64,000 nt of DNA from NCBI GenBank assembly GCA_028687715.1, contig JAQTZP010000001.1, forward strand, positions 103,876-167,875. The letters are read 5' to 3'. This DNA comes from Minisyncoccota bacterium. GTDB lineage: Bacteria > Patescibacteriota > Minisyncoccia > Minisyncoccales > GWA2-38-27. A program made the position numbers and the translations under genes. Of this stretch, positions 35,889 to 46,455 are shown piece after piece (position 1 is the stretch's first letter; each line of letters starts with the position of its first letter). The notes beneath the pieces were generated by a model, which saw nothing but the letters and a program-made list of their open reading frames with translations, was not told the DNA's origin and did no database searches.

Positions 35889-38279
35889 ATGAACTCTAAA
35901 AAGAATATATTGTGGTTTGAAGAAATAAGAATAAAAGATATTGATTTGGTTGGAGGAAAGAATGCTTCTTTGGGAGAGATGATTTTTCATCTAACGCCTT
36001 CTGGCATTAATATTCCCAACGGCTTTGCAGCAACCTCAAGCGCCTATTTCTATTTCTTGGATAAAAACAACTTAAGAGACAAGATAAAAGATATATTAAA
36101 AGATTTAGATGTCTCTGACATAAAGAATCTTCAAGAAAAAGGAAGGGTTGTAAGAAATTTAATTATAAATAGTTCTCTGCCTGATGATTTGGAAAATGAT
36201 ATAGCTGAATCTTATCAAAAGCTTTCTGCTGAGTATAAAACTAATAATTTAGATGTAGCGGTTCGTTCTAGCGCTACTGCTGAAGACCTGCCCGGGGCAA
36301 GCTTTGCCGGCCAGCAGGAAACCTATCTTAATATTTCCGGTCCAAAAGAGCTTCTTTGGTCTGTTAAGAAATGCTTTGCTTCTCTTTTTACTGACAGGGC
36401 TATTGTTTACCGCCAGGAGATGAAGTTTGACCACTTAAAAATAGGTCTCTCTGTAGGCGTTCAAAAAATGGTTCGTTCTGATTTGTCTTCTTCGGGAGTA
36501 ATGTTTTCCTGCGATACCGAAAGCGGTTTTGGCGATGCTGTTTTGATAAATGCTTCATACGGCTTAGGCGAAAACATTGTCCAAGGAAAGGTTGAACCCG
36601 ACCAGTACTATGTTTTTGAAACTACTTTGAAAAAGGGCTTTAAGCCTATCATTGAAAAAAGAATAGGCAAAAAATCAATCAAGATGGTTTATACCAATAA
36701 TCCGAAGAAGCCCACAAAAAATGTTTTAGTTTCAAAACCAGAACAGAATAGATTCTGCCTTTCAGATGAAGATATTTTAACTCTGGCAAAATGGTCAACC
36801 ATTATTGAAGACCATTACAAAAAATCAATGGATTCAGAGTGGGCGAAAGACGGAAAAACAGGTAAGTTATACATTGTCCAATCAAGGCCTGAAACAGTTC
36901 AAAGCAGAAAGAACTTGAACTTTTTAGAAGAATATCTTTTAGATAAATCAAAATCTAATAAAATACTGGCAGTTGGATTAAGCGTAGGCAGTAAAATAGG
37001 CCAAGGCAGGGCTCATAGAATAATGAGCGCTAAAGATATCAGCAAGTTTAGAAAAGGAGAGGTTTTAATTACAGATATGACTGACCCTGACTGGGTGCCT
37101 GCTATGAAGATGGCTTCAGCGATTGTCACTGACAGCGGAGGAAGAACCGCTCATGCCGCTATTGTTTCAAGGGAGCTTGGAATTCCCTGCGTGGTTGGCG
37201 CTGGAAACGCCACTAAGGTTATAAAAACAGGCAAAGATATAACAGTGAGCTGCGCTGAAGGGGAAGAAGGCAAAGTTTATCAAGGCCTTGTTCCTTTTAG
37301 AATCAAAAGAACCGATATTTCAAATATGCCAAAGACTAAGGTGAAAATTACAATGAATTTGGGAGAACCGAGCCAGGCATTTTCATTAAGTTTTATTCCA
37401 AATGACGGAGTGGGTCTAGCCAGAGAAGAATTTATTATCGCCAATGATATAAAGATTCATCCGCTTGCCCTTATAAATTATAATAAGCTGAAGCCTGAAT
37501 TAAAAAAGAAGATAGATAAATTAACCTTAGGGTATAAAGATAAAGTTCAGTTTTACATTGACAAACTGAGCCAGGGAATAGGGAAAATAGGGGCTGCTTT
37601 TTACCCAAAGCAAGTGATTGTGAGATTTTCTGATTTCAAGACAAACGAATACCGCATGCTTTTAGGGGGAGAGCTTTATGAGCCTAAAGAAGAAAATCCC
37701 ATGATAGGCTACAGAGGCGCCTCCCGTTATTATGATGAGAGATTCTCAAAGGCATTTATTTTAGAATGCAAGGCAATTAAAAAAGTCAGAGAAGAGTTCG
37801 GCCTTGATAATGTTATGGCAATGATTCCTTTCTGCAGAACTATAGAGGAGGGCAAAAAAGTTATAAAGATTATGAATGAGAGCGGCCTTAAAAGAGAGAA
37901 CGGATTAAAAGTATATGTAATGTGTGAAATTCCTTCAAATGTGATTTTAGCTGAAGAATTCTTAGAAATCTTTGACGGATTCAGCATCGGTTCAAATGAT
38001 CTGACCCAGCTTATCCTGGGCCTTGACAGAGATAATGCAGAAATATCTCATATCGGCAATGAAAAGAATCAGGCGGTTAAAGAAATGATTAAAAAGGTAA
38101 TAAGGATTTCTAAAGATAAGAATAAGTATTCGGGAATCTGCGGCCAAGCACCTTCTGATTTTTTAGACTTTGCTGAATTTTTAATAGAAGAAGGAATTGA
38201 AAGCATGTCGCTTAATCCTGATTCAATAATAAAAACTTATCTTTTTATTGCTGAAAAGGAGAATAAAAATAAAGATTAA
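35889..38279 (+). CDS. ppsA: Phosphoenolpyruvate synthase (pyruvate, water dikinase)
   Basis: VGGKNASLGEM, TDSGGRTAHAAIVSRELGIPCVVG, GSNDLTQL; 796 aa. Confidence 0.9.
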   Translation: MNSKKNILWFEEIRIKDIDLVGGKNASLGEMIFHLTPSGINIPNGFAATSSAYFYFLDKNNLRDKIKDILKDLDVSDIKNLQEKGRVVRNLIINSSLPDDLENDIAESYQKLSAEYKTNNLDVAVRSSATAEDLPGASFAGQQETYLNISGPKELLWSVKKCFASLFTDRAIVYRQEMKFDHLKIGLSVGVQKMVRSDLSSSGVMFSCDTESGFGDAVLINASYGLGENIVQGKVEPDQYYVFETTLKKGFKPIIEKRIGKKSIKMVYTNNPKKPTKNVLVSKPEQNRFCLSDEDILTLAKWSTIIEDHYKKSMDSEWAKDGKTGKLYIVQSRPETVQSRKNLNFLEEYLLDKSKSNKILAVGLSVGSKIGQGRAHRIMSAKDISKFRKGEVLITDMTDPDWVPAMKMASAIVTDSGGRTAHAAIVSRELGIPCVVGAGNATKVIKTGKDITVSCAEGEEGKVYQGLVPFRIKRTDISNMPKTKVKITMNLGEPSQAFSLSFIPNDGVGLAREEFIIANDIKIHPLALINYNKLKPELKKKIDKLTLGYKDKVQFYIDKLSQGIGKIGAAFYPKQVIVRFSDFKTNEYRMLLGGELYEPKEENPMIGYRGASRYYDERFSKAFILECKAIKKVREEFGLDNVMAMIPFCRTIEEGKKVIKIMNESGLKRENGLKVYVMCEIPSNVILAEEFLEIFDGFSIGSNDLTQLILGLDRDNAEISHIGNEKNQAVKEMIKKVIRISKDKNKYSGICGQAPSDFLDFAEFLIEEGIESMSLNPDSIIKTYLFIAEKENKNKD

Positions 38280-38287
38280 TATATTTT

Positions 38288-39307
38288 ATGTTTGATATCA
38301 TAACTTTTGGTTCTGCTTCTTGGGACATATTTTTAAAGCCTAAAAGAGTTCAGACTGTCAAAAGCAATAAGTTTATTGCCAATAAAGGAGTCTGCTTTAA
38401 TTTGGGTTCAAAGATTGATATTGAAGAGCTTAATGTCTATTCAGGAGGAGGAGGAACCAACACTGCGGCAACTTTTGCAAATCAGGGCTTTAAAACAGCT
38501 TTTTCTGGAATGATAGGAGATGATATAGGGGGCAGAGAAATGACAGAAGAGCTTAAAAATAGGAATATAGATACTTCTTTAGTGGTTAAAACAAAACTAA
38601 GGCCCACCAACCACTCTTTTATAGTCATAATTCCCAACGAAGACAGGACTATTCTTGTCTATAGGGGAGCTTCGGAGCTGCTTTGTAAAGGAAACATAGA
38701 TTGGACCAAACTTAAGGCAGAATGGTTTTATTTGGCTCCTTTGTCTGGTTCGCTCTGCAATATATCCCGCGACTTGGTTGATTTTGCTTATAAGAATAAA
38801 ATAAAGGTTGCTTTTAATCCAGGCAATTCCCAGCTGATAATGCCCTCTAAGACTCTTAAAAATATATTTAAACATGTTAATATTTTAATTTTAAACCAGG
38901 AGGAAGCATCACTGCTTACTAAGATTCCATACACAAAAGAAAAAGAGATATTTAAAAAGATTGATGAGCTTTGTCCCGGTGTTTTTATAATGACAAAAGG
39001 CTCAAAAGGAGCAGTGGTTTCAGACGGAAGTTTTATCTATAGAGCAGATTCTTTGAAAACAGAAGTTATTGACAGGACCGGAGCCGGAGATTCTTTTGCT
39101 TCTGGATTTGTAAGCGGGTATATTAGGTCAAAAAGCGATATTAAATATGCAATTCAATTGGGAACAGCCAATTCAGCATACTGCTTGACAAAATACGGGG
39201 CTAAAAATGCTTTATTGAAGAAAAGCGATAAATTTAAAAAAGTGAAAGTAATAAAAGAATTATGCTCTAAAAATAATTCTTGCCAGATAAAAAATTATGA
39301 ATCTTAA
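38288..39307 (+). CDS. PfkB-family sugar(-phosphate) kinase
   Basis: GGGGTNTAATF and DRTGAGDSFASGF. It overlaps the fba gene, which suggests a phosphofructokinase-like role. Confidence 0.75.
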   Translation: MFDIITFGSASWDIFLKPKRVQTVKSNKFIANKGVCFNLGSKIDIEELNVYSGGGGTNTAATFANQGFKTAFSGMIGDDIGGREMTEELKNRNIDTSLVVKTKLRPTNHSFIVIIPNEDRTILVYRGASELLCKGNIDWTKLKAEWFYLAPLSGSLCNISRDLVDFAYKNKIKVAFNPGNSQLIMPSKTLKNIFKHVNILILNQEEASLLTKIPYTKEKEIFKKIDELCPGVFIMTKGSKGAVVSDGSFIYRADSLKTEVIDRTGAGDSFASGFVSGYIRSKSDIKYAIQLGTANSAYCLTKYGAKNALLKKSDKFKKVKVIKELCSKNNSCQIKNYES

Positions 39308-40145
39308 AAATTATTTGACTAAAGCTCAAAAAGAACATTGGGCTATAGGCCAATTTAATTTCTCAACAATAGAGCAGTTAAGGGGAATCCTTTCAGCCGC
39401 AAAAGAGACTAAAAGCCCTATTATATTAGGAACTTCTGAAGGAGAGAGCTCTTATTTAGGCCTCGAAGAAACTATAGCTTTATTTGAGATTTCTAAGAAG
39501 AAGTACAATGTAAATGCTTTTTTGAATTTTGACCATGGCAGGAACCTAGATTTAGTTAAAAAAGCAGTGGATTTCGGCTATAATTGCGTTCATTTCGACG
39601 GTTCTTCTCTTTCATTTGAAAATAATATTTCTGAAACCAAAAGAATTGTTGATTATGCGCATAAGAAAGGTGTCTTAGTTGAAGGGGAGCTTGGCAAAAT
39701 AGAAGGGGAATCAAAACTTCACAGAGAAGAAGTAAAGGTTAAACAGGAGAATTTAACATCTCCTGATGATGTTTTTAAGTTTGTAAAAGAGACAAAAGTT
39801 GATTCTCTGGCAGTTTCAATAGGCAATATCCATGGGATATACAGAAAAGAGCCGGGCATTGATTTTGAAAGGCTAAAGGATGTAAGCAAAAAGTCAAAAG
39901 CTTATTTAGTTCTTCACGGCGGTTCTGGAATTATGCCGAAAGACATTAGAAAAGCTATTAGTTTAGGCATTGTTAAAATAAATATCAATACAGAGTTAAG
40001 AATTGCTTGGAAGGAATCTTTAATTAAATCTTTGAAGGCTTTAGACAAAGAAGCAAGGCCTTATAAAATTCTGTCTCAGAGTGAAGATTCAGTTAGAAAA
40101 ATAACAAAAGAAAAAATAAAGTTATTTACAAATCCTAATTTATAA
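39297..40145 (+). CDS. fba: Class II fructose-bisphosphate aldolase
   Basis: AIGQFNF, NFDHG, LVLHGGSG, KININTE. Confidence 0.85.
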   Translation: MNLKNYLTKAQKEHWAIGQFNFSTIEQLRGILSAAKETKSPIILGTSEGESSYLGLEETIALFEISKKKYNVNAFLNFDHGRNLDLVKKAVDFGYNCVHFDGSSLSFENNISETKRIVDYAHKKGVLVEGELGKIEGESKLHREEVKVKQENLTSPDDVFKFVKETKVDSLAVSIGNIHGIYRKEPGIDFERLKDVSKKSKAYLVLHGGSGIMPKDIRKAISLGIVKININTELRIAWKESLIKSLKALDKEARPYKILSQSEDSVRKITKEKIKLFTNPNL

Positions 40146-40150
40146 CTAAT

Positions 40151-40582
40151 ATGAAAAGTAAATACTTGATATTAATTTTAATTGCGGCTATAATAGTAGT
40201 GCTGTTATGGCTGATGAAGATGTTTTCTGAAACAGGGCTTAAAATCATAACAGATAAGAATGAGTACGCCTCAGAAGAAGTTTTAAAGTTAAGGATAGAG
40301 AATGATTCAAATAAAAAGCTCTGTTTTTCTTCCTGCTACCCTTATTATATGGAAATAAAAGAAAACAATGATTGGAAGAGATATTCTTACAATGAATGCA
40401 GTTTTGAAGATAAAGCAGATAAATGCATTGATGTAAACGGGCTTAAAGGTTTTCAGCTTAATGTTCCGAAAGTCAGTTCCGGGACTCATCGTTTAGCCGT
40501 GTCAGTTTGTATAAGCTGCAATGAAAATGATGATTTTAAAGAAGAATCATTTTATTATTCAAACGAATTTATTATTAAATAA
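40151..40582 (+). CDS. Membrane-anchored hypothetical protein
   Basis: 143 aa with an N-terminal TM and a Cys-containing beta-rich ectodomain. Confidence 0.5.
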   Translation: MKSKYLILILIAAIIVVLLWLMKMFSETGLKIITDKNEYASEEVLKLRIENDSNKKLCFSSCYPYYMEIKENNDWKRYSYNECSFEDKADKCIDVNGLKGFQLNVPKVSSGTHRLAVSVCISCNENDDFKEESFYYSNEFIIK

Positions 40583-40587
40583 AATAT

Positions 40588-40803
40588 ATGAAAATTATCT
40601 TAGAGCGTGAAAAATGTATTGGCTGCGGAGCCTGCGCCGCAATTTGCTCAAAGCACTGGGAGCTGAAAGATGACGGGAAAACTGATTTAATAGGTTCAAA
40701 TCTTAATTCAGAGGGCAATTATGAAAAAGAAATAACTGATATTGAATGCAACCAAGAAGCGTCAGAAGGATGTCCTGTAAACTGCATTAAAATAATCAAA
40801 TAA
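40588..40803 (+). CDS. Small ferredoxin
   Basis: CIGCGACAAIC ... CPVNCI. Confidence 0.75.
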   Translation: MKIILEREKCIGCGACAAICSKHWELKDDGKTDLIGSNLNSEGNYEKEITDIECNQEASEGCPVNCIKIIK

Positions 40804-40810
40804 ATTACTT

Positions 40811-41461
40811 ATGCTAAAGATTTCAGCTGAAATAAGAAAGGAGTTTGGCAGAAAAACAGAGCCATTGAGGGAGAAGGATATTGTTCCTGCTGTTTTATAC
40901 GGACCTGAAATTAAAACTCAGTCAATAGAGCTGGATTTAAAAGAATTCAATAAAGTTTTTAGCGAAGCAGGGGAAAGCTCTCTTGTTTCTCTTTCTCTTG
41001 AAGGAAAAGAATTCTCTGTTTTAATTCATCAAGTTCAAACCGATCCAATGTCTGGAAAGATTATTCATATTGATTTCTATCAGCCTATTTTAACGGAAGA
41101 GGTTGAGGTTGAAGTGCCTTTAGAATTTGAAGGAGAAGCAGGAGCTTTAAAAGATTTAGGAGGAACTTTGTATAAAGGATTTCAAGAGGCAAAGATTAAG
41201 GCTCTGCCCCAGGATCTTATCCATGAGATAAAGGTAAACGTTGAAAAGCTTAAAACGTTTGACGATGTTATTTTAGTGAAAGATTTGGAAGTTCCAAAAG
41301 GAGTTAAGATTTTAAAAGACCCTGATGAAATAGTGGCTCGGGTGGTTCCTTTAGAAAAAGTAGAGGAAGAGCTTGAGAAGCCCATTGAAGAAAAGGTTGA
41401 AGAGGTTGAAAAGGTTGAGGCTGAAAGAAAAGAAGAGCCGGAGCCGGAAGAAGAAAAATAA
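40811..41461 (+). CDS. rplY: 50S ribosomal protein L25/Ctc with an acidic tail
   Basis: REKDIVPAVLYG, FYQP; C-terminal Glu-rich extension. Confidence 0.85.
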   Translation: MLKISAEIRKEFGRKTEPLREKDIVPAVLYGPEIKTQSIELDLKEFNKVFSEAGESSLVSLSLEGKEFSVLIHQVQTDPMSGKIIHIDFYQPILTEEVEVEVPLEFEGEAGALKDLGGTLYKGFQEAKIKALPQDLIHEIKVNVEKLKTFDDVILVKDLEVPKGVKILKDPDEIVARVVPLEKVEEELEKPIEEKVEEVEKVEAERKEEPEPEEEK

Positions 41462-41472
41462 TCATTATATCT

Positions 41473-42858
41473 ATGAGGGTTTTTAATTTTAGTTTATTAA
41501 TTATCTTTCTGTCTTTAGTTCTGCCTTTTTCAATATCAGCAGATAACGATATGGCTCAGAAATGCCTTTCTCTTTCTGAAAAAGGATGCCAGACAGATGA
41601 TGTAAGTTTGTGCCGAAAAGAATTAGAAGAATGCGAAGAGTATTATAATCTTGAAAGCCAGAAGATTGCCGCTGATATTACTAAAACTCAAGCAGAGAAA
41701 AACACTTTGCAAAATAAAATTTATACAATCAACAGCAAAATCAAGAATTTAAACTATCAAATCAGCCAAAGCAACTTGATTATTAAAGATTTAGGCTATC
41801 AGGTAAAAGACACCCAAGACTCTATAACCAACACTTCTTTAAAAATTGAAGATTCTAAGGAAAAACTGAAAAAAATACTGAGAACCATATACGAAGAAGA
41901 CCAAAAGCCTGTTATTGAAATTTTACTATCAGGAAAGGATTTGTCTGACTTTTTTGATAATTTAGTGGCTTTGGAGCTGCTTAACTCAAAGAATAAGAAT
42001 CTGCTCCAGGATATTAAAATTCTAAAATTAAATTTAGAAAATCAAAAAATATCTCTCGACAGCGAAAAAGACGACTTGGAAAGAACAGTTAAGATTCAGA
42101 CTCTTCAGCGGGATGAGAATTCAAAAACTAAAAAGGAGCAGGAATATTATTTAAACATAACAGAACAGGAGTATAATAAGCAGATTCAGCAAAAAAAAGA
42201 AGCAGATCAAAAAGCCGCATCAATCAGGGCAAGGATATTTGAACTAATCGGGGTTTCAAAAGCTCCGACTTTTGCCGAAGCTTTAGAGATTGCCAAATAC
42301 GCGGAAAGCGTTACTGGAATTCGTCCTGCGTTCCTTTTAGCTATTTTGACCCAGGAATCAAATATTGGAAAAAATGTAGGCCAATGCTATGTTAAGAACT
42401 TTTCCACAGGAGAAGGGATAAGAATTTCAGGCAGCGGAACTTTAATAAAAGTAATGAGCCCGACAAGAGACGTCTCTTATTTCTTAAGCATTACAAAAGA
42501 ATTAGGGAGAGATCCGGCCAATACTCCGGTTTCCTGCCCTTTAAGCTACGGCTGGGGAGGGGCAATGGGCCCGGCCCAATTCATTCCTTCAACATGGGTG
42601 AATTACAGAGACAGGGTAAAAGCAATCACAGGCAAACCGGCTGACCCTTGGGGTATAAAAGATGCATTTTTAGCATCAGCTCTGCATCTTACTGATTACG
42701 GAGCAGCAAAAAGAACGACAACCGGCGAATGGAATTCAGCTATGATTTATTTCTCCGGGACCACCCAAAGAACAAAATACAACGGATATGGATTTTACGG
42801 CGATTCCGTAATGAATATAGCTAAACGCTATGAAGAAGATATAAAGGCAATTGAATGA
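41473..42858 (+). CDS. Secreted coiled-coil protein with a C-terminal lytic transglycosylase-like domain
   Basis: Signal peptide and a long coiled coil. ILTQESNIG (catalytic Glu context) and GAMGPAQFIPSTW. Confidence 0.7.
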   Translation: MRVFNFSLLIIFLSLVLPFSISADNDMAQKCLSLSEKGCQTDDVSLCRKELEECEEYYNLESQKIAADITKTQAEKNTLQNKIYTINSKIKNLNYQISQSNLIIKDLGYQVKDTQDSITNTSLKIEDSKEKLKKILRTIYEEDQKPVIEILLSGKDLSDFFDNLVALELLNSKNKNLLQDIKILKLNLENQKISLDSEKDDLERTVKIQTLQRDENSKTKKEQEYYLNITEQEYNKQIQQKKEADQKAASIRARIFELIGVSKAPTFAEALEIAKYAESVTGIRPAFLLAILTQESNIGKNVGQCYVKNFSTGEGIRISGSGTLIKVMSPTRDVSYFLSITKELGRDPANTPVSCPLSYGWGGAMGPAQFIPSTWVNYRDRVKAITGKPADPWGIKDAFLASALHLTDYGAAKRTTTGEWNSAMIYFSGTTQRTKYNGYGFYGDSVMNIAKRYEEDIKAIE

Positions 42859-42872
42859 TATTTTTATCAAAT

Positions 42873-42908
42873 AAAAAAACACCCTTTTGATTTAAAGGGT
42901 GTTTTTAT
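42873..42908. terminator. Bidirectional terminator
   Basis: AAACACCCTT / AAGGGTGTTT flanked by A and T runs. Confidence 0.7.
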
Positions 42909-43954
42909 TTTGACTGAGCTGATATTAAAGAATCTATTATTTTTTCTATTTCTCCGTTTAATATCTTTTCTATGTCATACCAGGTTTTCTTTATTCTATG
43001 GTCTGTAACTCTGCCTTGAGGGAAATTATACGTTCTTATCTTCTCCGCTCTTTTTGCCCAGCCAACCTGGGATTTTCTATCAGAGGCTATTTTTGAAAGT
43101 TCCTCCAATTGTTTTTTCTCCAGCAGCCGAGCTGATAGAATAGCTAAAGCGTTTTCCTTATTCTGAAGCTGATTCCTTTCTGTCTGGGAGGTAACTACAA
43201 TGCCAGTTGGAATATGAGTTATTCTCACAGCAGTTTCTCTGCGGTTGACATATTGTCCTCCAGGGCCCGAAGCGCGATAGAAATCAGTTCTTATCTCATC
43301 AGGTTTAATCTTTATTTCTGTTGCTTTCGGCTTTGGAAGAATTGCAACCGTAGCGGTAGAAGTATGAACTCTCCCGGCTTTTTCCGTCTTAGGTATTCTT
43401 TGAACTCTATGGACGCCTCCCTCGTACTTCATTTTTGAATAAATATCAGGACCGTCTATTTCAAAAATTATCTCTTTAAATCCTCCTATTCCTATTGAAT
43501 GAGAATCTAATATCTTTTGCTTTAAGTTGTTAGAAGAAGCATACTTTGAATACATTCTGTATAAGTCTGCGGCAAACAATGCCGCCTCATCTCCGCCTGT
43601 TCCAGCCCTTATTTCAATAATTACAGAGTTAAAGCTTTCTGAAGCATCTTTATCTTCTTTTAATAATTCTTCTATTTCTTTAGTTAAGACCTTCTTTCTT
43701 TCTTCCAAGCTTTTAATTTCAACTTCAGCCAGAGAAATTAAATCAGGCTCTTCGGAAGATTTTAAAATCATCTTATTCTCTTCAATCTGCCTTTTTGCTT
43801 CTTCCAATTCGCTAGAGCTGTCTATTATTCTTTCAAGATATTTCTTTCTTTTTGAGATTCTTTCAAATTCCTCCCAATTTGAAGCAAGTTCAGGGTTACT
43901 GATTTGATTTATTATTTCCTCGTATTCCTTTTTAACCGACTTTATATCCCCCAT
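42905..43954 (-). CDS. prfA: Peptide chain release factor 1
   Basis: PKT tripeptide (RIPKTE), GGQ (SGPGGQYVN). Confidence 0.9.
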   Translation of the reverse strand: MGDIKSVKKEYEEIINQISNPELASNWEEFERISKRKKYLERIIDSSSELEEAKRQIEENKMILKSSEEPDLISLAEVEIKSLEERKKVLTKEIEELLKEDKDASESFNSVIIEIRAGTGGDEAALFAADLYRMYSKYASSNNLKQKILDSHSIGIGGFKEIIFEIDGPDIYSKMKYEGGVHRVQRIPKTEKAGRVHTSTATVAILPKPKATEIKIKPDEIRTDFYRASGPGGQYVNRRETAVRITHIPTGIVVTSQTERNQLQNKENALAILSARLLEKKQLEELSKIASDRKSQVGWAKRAEKIRTYNFPQGRVTDHRIKKTWYDIEKILNGEIEKIIDSLISAQSK

Positions 43955-43956
43955 GA

Positions 43957-44193
43957 TTACTTCTTTTTATTCTTTTTGGACCTCAATTCTTCTTTTTTAA
44001 CCAGTTTCTGCTTGAATTTTTCCACTCTTCCCATAGTATCTATAATCTTTGCCTTACCGGTATAAAAAGGATGGCATTTAGAGCAGATTTCAATTTCAAT
44101 ATGCTCCTTTGTAGATCCTACTTTAAAAGTATTGCCGCAGGCGCACTTGACCGAGGCATCTTGGTGATATTTCGGATGTATATCTTTTTTCAT
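43957..44193 (-). CDS. rpmE: 50S ribosomal protein L31
   Basis: MKKDIHPKY..Cx[11 protein letters not shown]. Confidence 0.9.
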   Translation of the reverse strand: MKKDIHPKYHQDASVKCACGNTFKVGSTKEHIEIEICSKCHPFYTGKAKIIDTMGRVEKFKQKLVKKEELRSKKNKKK

Positions 44194-44347
44194 AAATAAT
44201 GCTGTTTAATTTAATATCTTCCAATTATATCAGAATAAATTAGAAAATCAATGTTTTAGATGCTGGAATTGACCTTTTTTTATTGATTGGTTAATATACA
44301 TTAAATGTTCTTTTTTTGATTTCCAGGTTTTTAAAAGGAGGCTGATT

Positions 44348-44662
44348 ATGTCTTTTTGGACTGAAAAGACAGAATATCTAGTTTTTCCTGAAGATAAGAT
44401 AAAGAATATGCCCAGGATAATGATTCCCGGACTGGAAGAAACGCTTATAATTCCTCCAACTATCAATGGCAAAAATGTTTTAGATTTAGGATTCTTTGCC
44501 ATACACGATCTTTGTTTGGGATGGGTTGAATTAAGACACGGCTCTCTCAATAATTCGCTGGTTTGCACTAAATGCGGAGATTTTCATCTAAGCATTCCTT
44601 ATGAAGTTATAGACCATAAAACGTTCTTGGCCTATTTAAAAACTCTGGAAAAAGAAAACTAA
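44348..44662 (+). CDS. Hypothetical protein
   Basis: 104 aa, preceded by AAGGAGG 7 nt before the ATG. Preferred over the antisense ORF 44248-44568. Confidence 0.5.
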   Translation: MSFWTEKTEYLVFPEDKIKNMPRIMIPGLEETLIIPPTINGKNVLDLGFFAIHDLCLGWVELRHGSLNNSLVCTKCGDFHLSIPYEVIDHKTFLAYLKTLEKEN

Positions 44663-44663
44663 T

Positions 44664-44700
44664 AAGGGCGGTGCCAAACTAAGATGCCGCCCTTTGTCTT
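44664..44700 (+). terminator. Rho-independent terminator
   Basis: AAGGGCGG / CCGCCCTT stem. Confidence 0.6.
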
Positions 44701-44759
44701 AAATAATATATTGATTATTATTTTTTAAAATGCTATATTAAAAATATTCCAGTTATATT

Positions 44760-45482
44760 ATGACTGAATTAAAAAAGGAGTTAAATAATATTAAAGACGA
44801 AGACTTTGGAGTAAACCTCAATGAAATGAATGAGGCGGGTTTGTATTTTGGACATAGAACGAGCAGAATCCATCCAAAGATGAAGCCTTATATTTCTGCT
44901 TCAAGAAACGGCGTTGATATCATTGATCTGGAAAAAACAGCCTTAAAGCTTAAAGAGGCTTTATCATTGATTAAAACAATGATTTCAGAGAATAAAATTA
45001 TTGTTTTAGTAGGAACCAAAATCCAGGTTAAGAAATTAATTGAGGAAACGGCTAAAGAGTGTGGGCTTTTCTATATCACTGACAGATGGCTTGGAGGAAC
45101 ATTTACTAATTTCAAGGTTATAAGGAAGAGAATAGAATATTTTAAAGACCTTGAGAATAAAAAACAAAACCAAGAACTCTCAAAATATACTAAAAAAGAA
45201 CGTCTTAAAATAGATAAAGAATTAAGAGACCTTGAGGCGAAATTCAGAGGTATTAAGAACTTAGAAAGGATTCCAGATGCTATTTTTGTTTTTGATATTA
45301 GAAAAGACAGCCTGGCAGTCAAAGAAGCAAAAAGAGAAGGAGTTAAGGTTTTCGGGATAACAGATACTAATACCGACCCCACTTCGGTTGATTATCCCAT
45401 TCCGGCAAATGACGATGCGATAAGCTCTGTAAAGTATATTTTGGAGAAACTAAAAAATACAATCTTAGAAGCTAAAAAATAA
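44760..45482 (+). CDS. rpsB: 30S ribosomal protein S2
   Basis: EAGLYFGHRTSRIHPKM, TDRWLGGTFTNF, DTNTDP. Confidence 0.95.
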   Translation: MTELKKELNNIKDEDFGVNLNEMNEAGLYFGHRTSRIHPKMKPYISASRNGVDIIDLEKTALKLKEALSLIKTMISENKIIVLVGTKIQVKKLIEETAKECGLFYITDRWLGGTFTNFKVIRKRIEYFKDLENKKQNQELSKYTKKERLKIDKELRDLEAKFRGIKNLERIPDAIFVFDIRKDSLAVKEAKREGVKVFGITDTNTDPTSVDYPIPANDDAISSVKYILEKLKNTILEAKK

Positions 45483-46066
45483 TGGTTGATTTTGATAAAG
45501 TAAAAGAGCTTCGGGAAGAGACCGGAGTCTCAATAACAGAGTGCAAGAAAGCCCTTGAAGAATCAAGTGGTGATTTTGATAAAGCTAAAGAAATATTGAG
45601 GAAGTGGGGCAGGGAATTAGCCGGCAAAAAGTCTCAAAGAGAAGCAGGGCAGGGTATAATTGAAAGCTATATCCATCCGAATAAAAAAGTCGGAGTTTTG
45701 GTTGAGCTTAGGTGCGAAACTGATTTTGTTGCTAAATCTAAGGATTTTGGAAATTTAGCCCACGAACTTTGTCTTCAGATTGCTGCCTCAAATCCTCTTT
45801 TTCTAAAAGAAGAGGATATTCCAGAGGAATTTCTAGATGGTGAAAAAAAGATATATAAAGAGCAGTTTAAAAGTTCTACAAAGCCCGATAATATAATAGA
45901 GCAGATTATTGAGGGAAAATTAAAGAAATATAAAGAGGAGGTCTCGTTGATTTCTCAGCCTTGGATAAAAGATGATGCTAAAACAATTAAAGATTTAATA
46001 AACGATTATATCTCAAAGATAGGAGAGAATATAGAGATTAAAAGATTTAAAAGATTTGAGATTTAA
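45482..46066 (+). CDS. tsf: Elongation factor Ts (short form)
   Basis: VKELREETGVSITECKKAL, GVLVELRCETDFVA. Confidence 0.9.
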   Translation: MVDFDKVKELREETGVSITECKKALEESSGDFDKAKEILRKWGRELAGKKSQREAGQGIIESYIHPNKKVGVLVELRCETDFVAKSKDFGNLAHELCLQIAASNPLFLKEEDIPEEFLDGEKKIYKEQFKSSTKPDNIIEQIIEGKLKKYKEEVSLISQPWIKDDAKTIKDLINDYISKIGENIEIKRFKRFEI

Positions 46067-46078
46067 AGATTCTATTTT

Positions 46079-46453
46079 ATGTTAACCTTATTTTTTTTCA
46101 TTGTATTTATTGCAAGCTTTATTATAATGGTCTTCTTTATTATCTCAAGAATTCCAGTCTTAGCAGAGCTTCCTTTCGAAGAAAAAGAAAATAAAGAAAG
46201 ATTGTTTTTAAATAATTTAAAAGATAGGATAAAAGGCAATGGCTGGTTTAAGAATTTTTCGCTGGAGATGATTCTTCATAGGATTCTTTCTAAAATTAGG
46301 ATTCTGACGCTGAAAGTTGAAAACAAAACAGGATGTTATTTAATTAAGCTTAGGCAGAAAACTATTGAGAAAAAGAAAAGTTTTCAGGAAGACTATTGGG
46401 ATAAGTTGAAGATAAAGAAAAGAAGCAGAAAGAATAAAAAGTCTGATGAATAA
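46079..46453 (+). CDS. Small membrane-anchored basic protein
   Basis: 124 aa with an N-terminal TM and a Lys-rich tail. Confidence 0.45.
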   Translation: MLTLFFFIVFIASFIIMVFFIISRIPVLAELPFEEKENKERLFLNNLKDRIKGNGWFKNFSLEMILHRILSKIRILTLKVENKTGCYLIKLRQKTIEKKKSFQEDYWDKLKIKKRSRKNKKSDE

Positions 46454-46455
46454 CC

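Noticed and set aside
44248-44568. ORF 44248-44568 (-), 106 aa
   Set aside because: It is antisense to the more protein-like ORF 44348-44662, which has an AAGGAGG/ATG start and a terminator.
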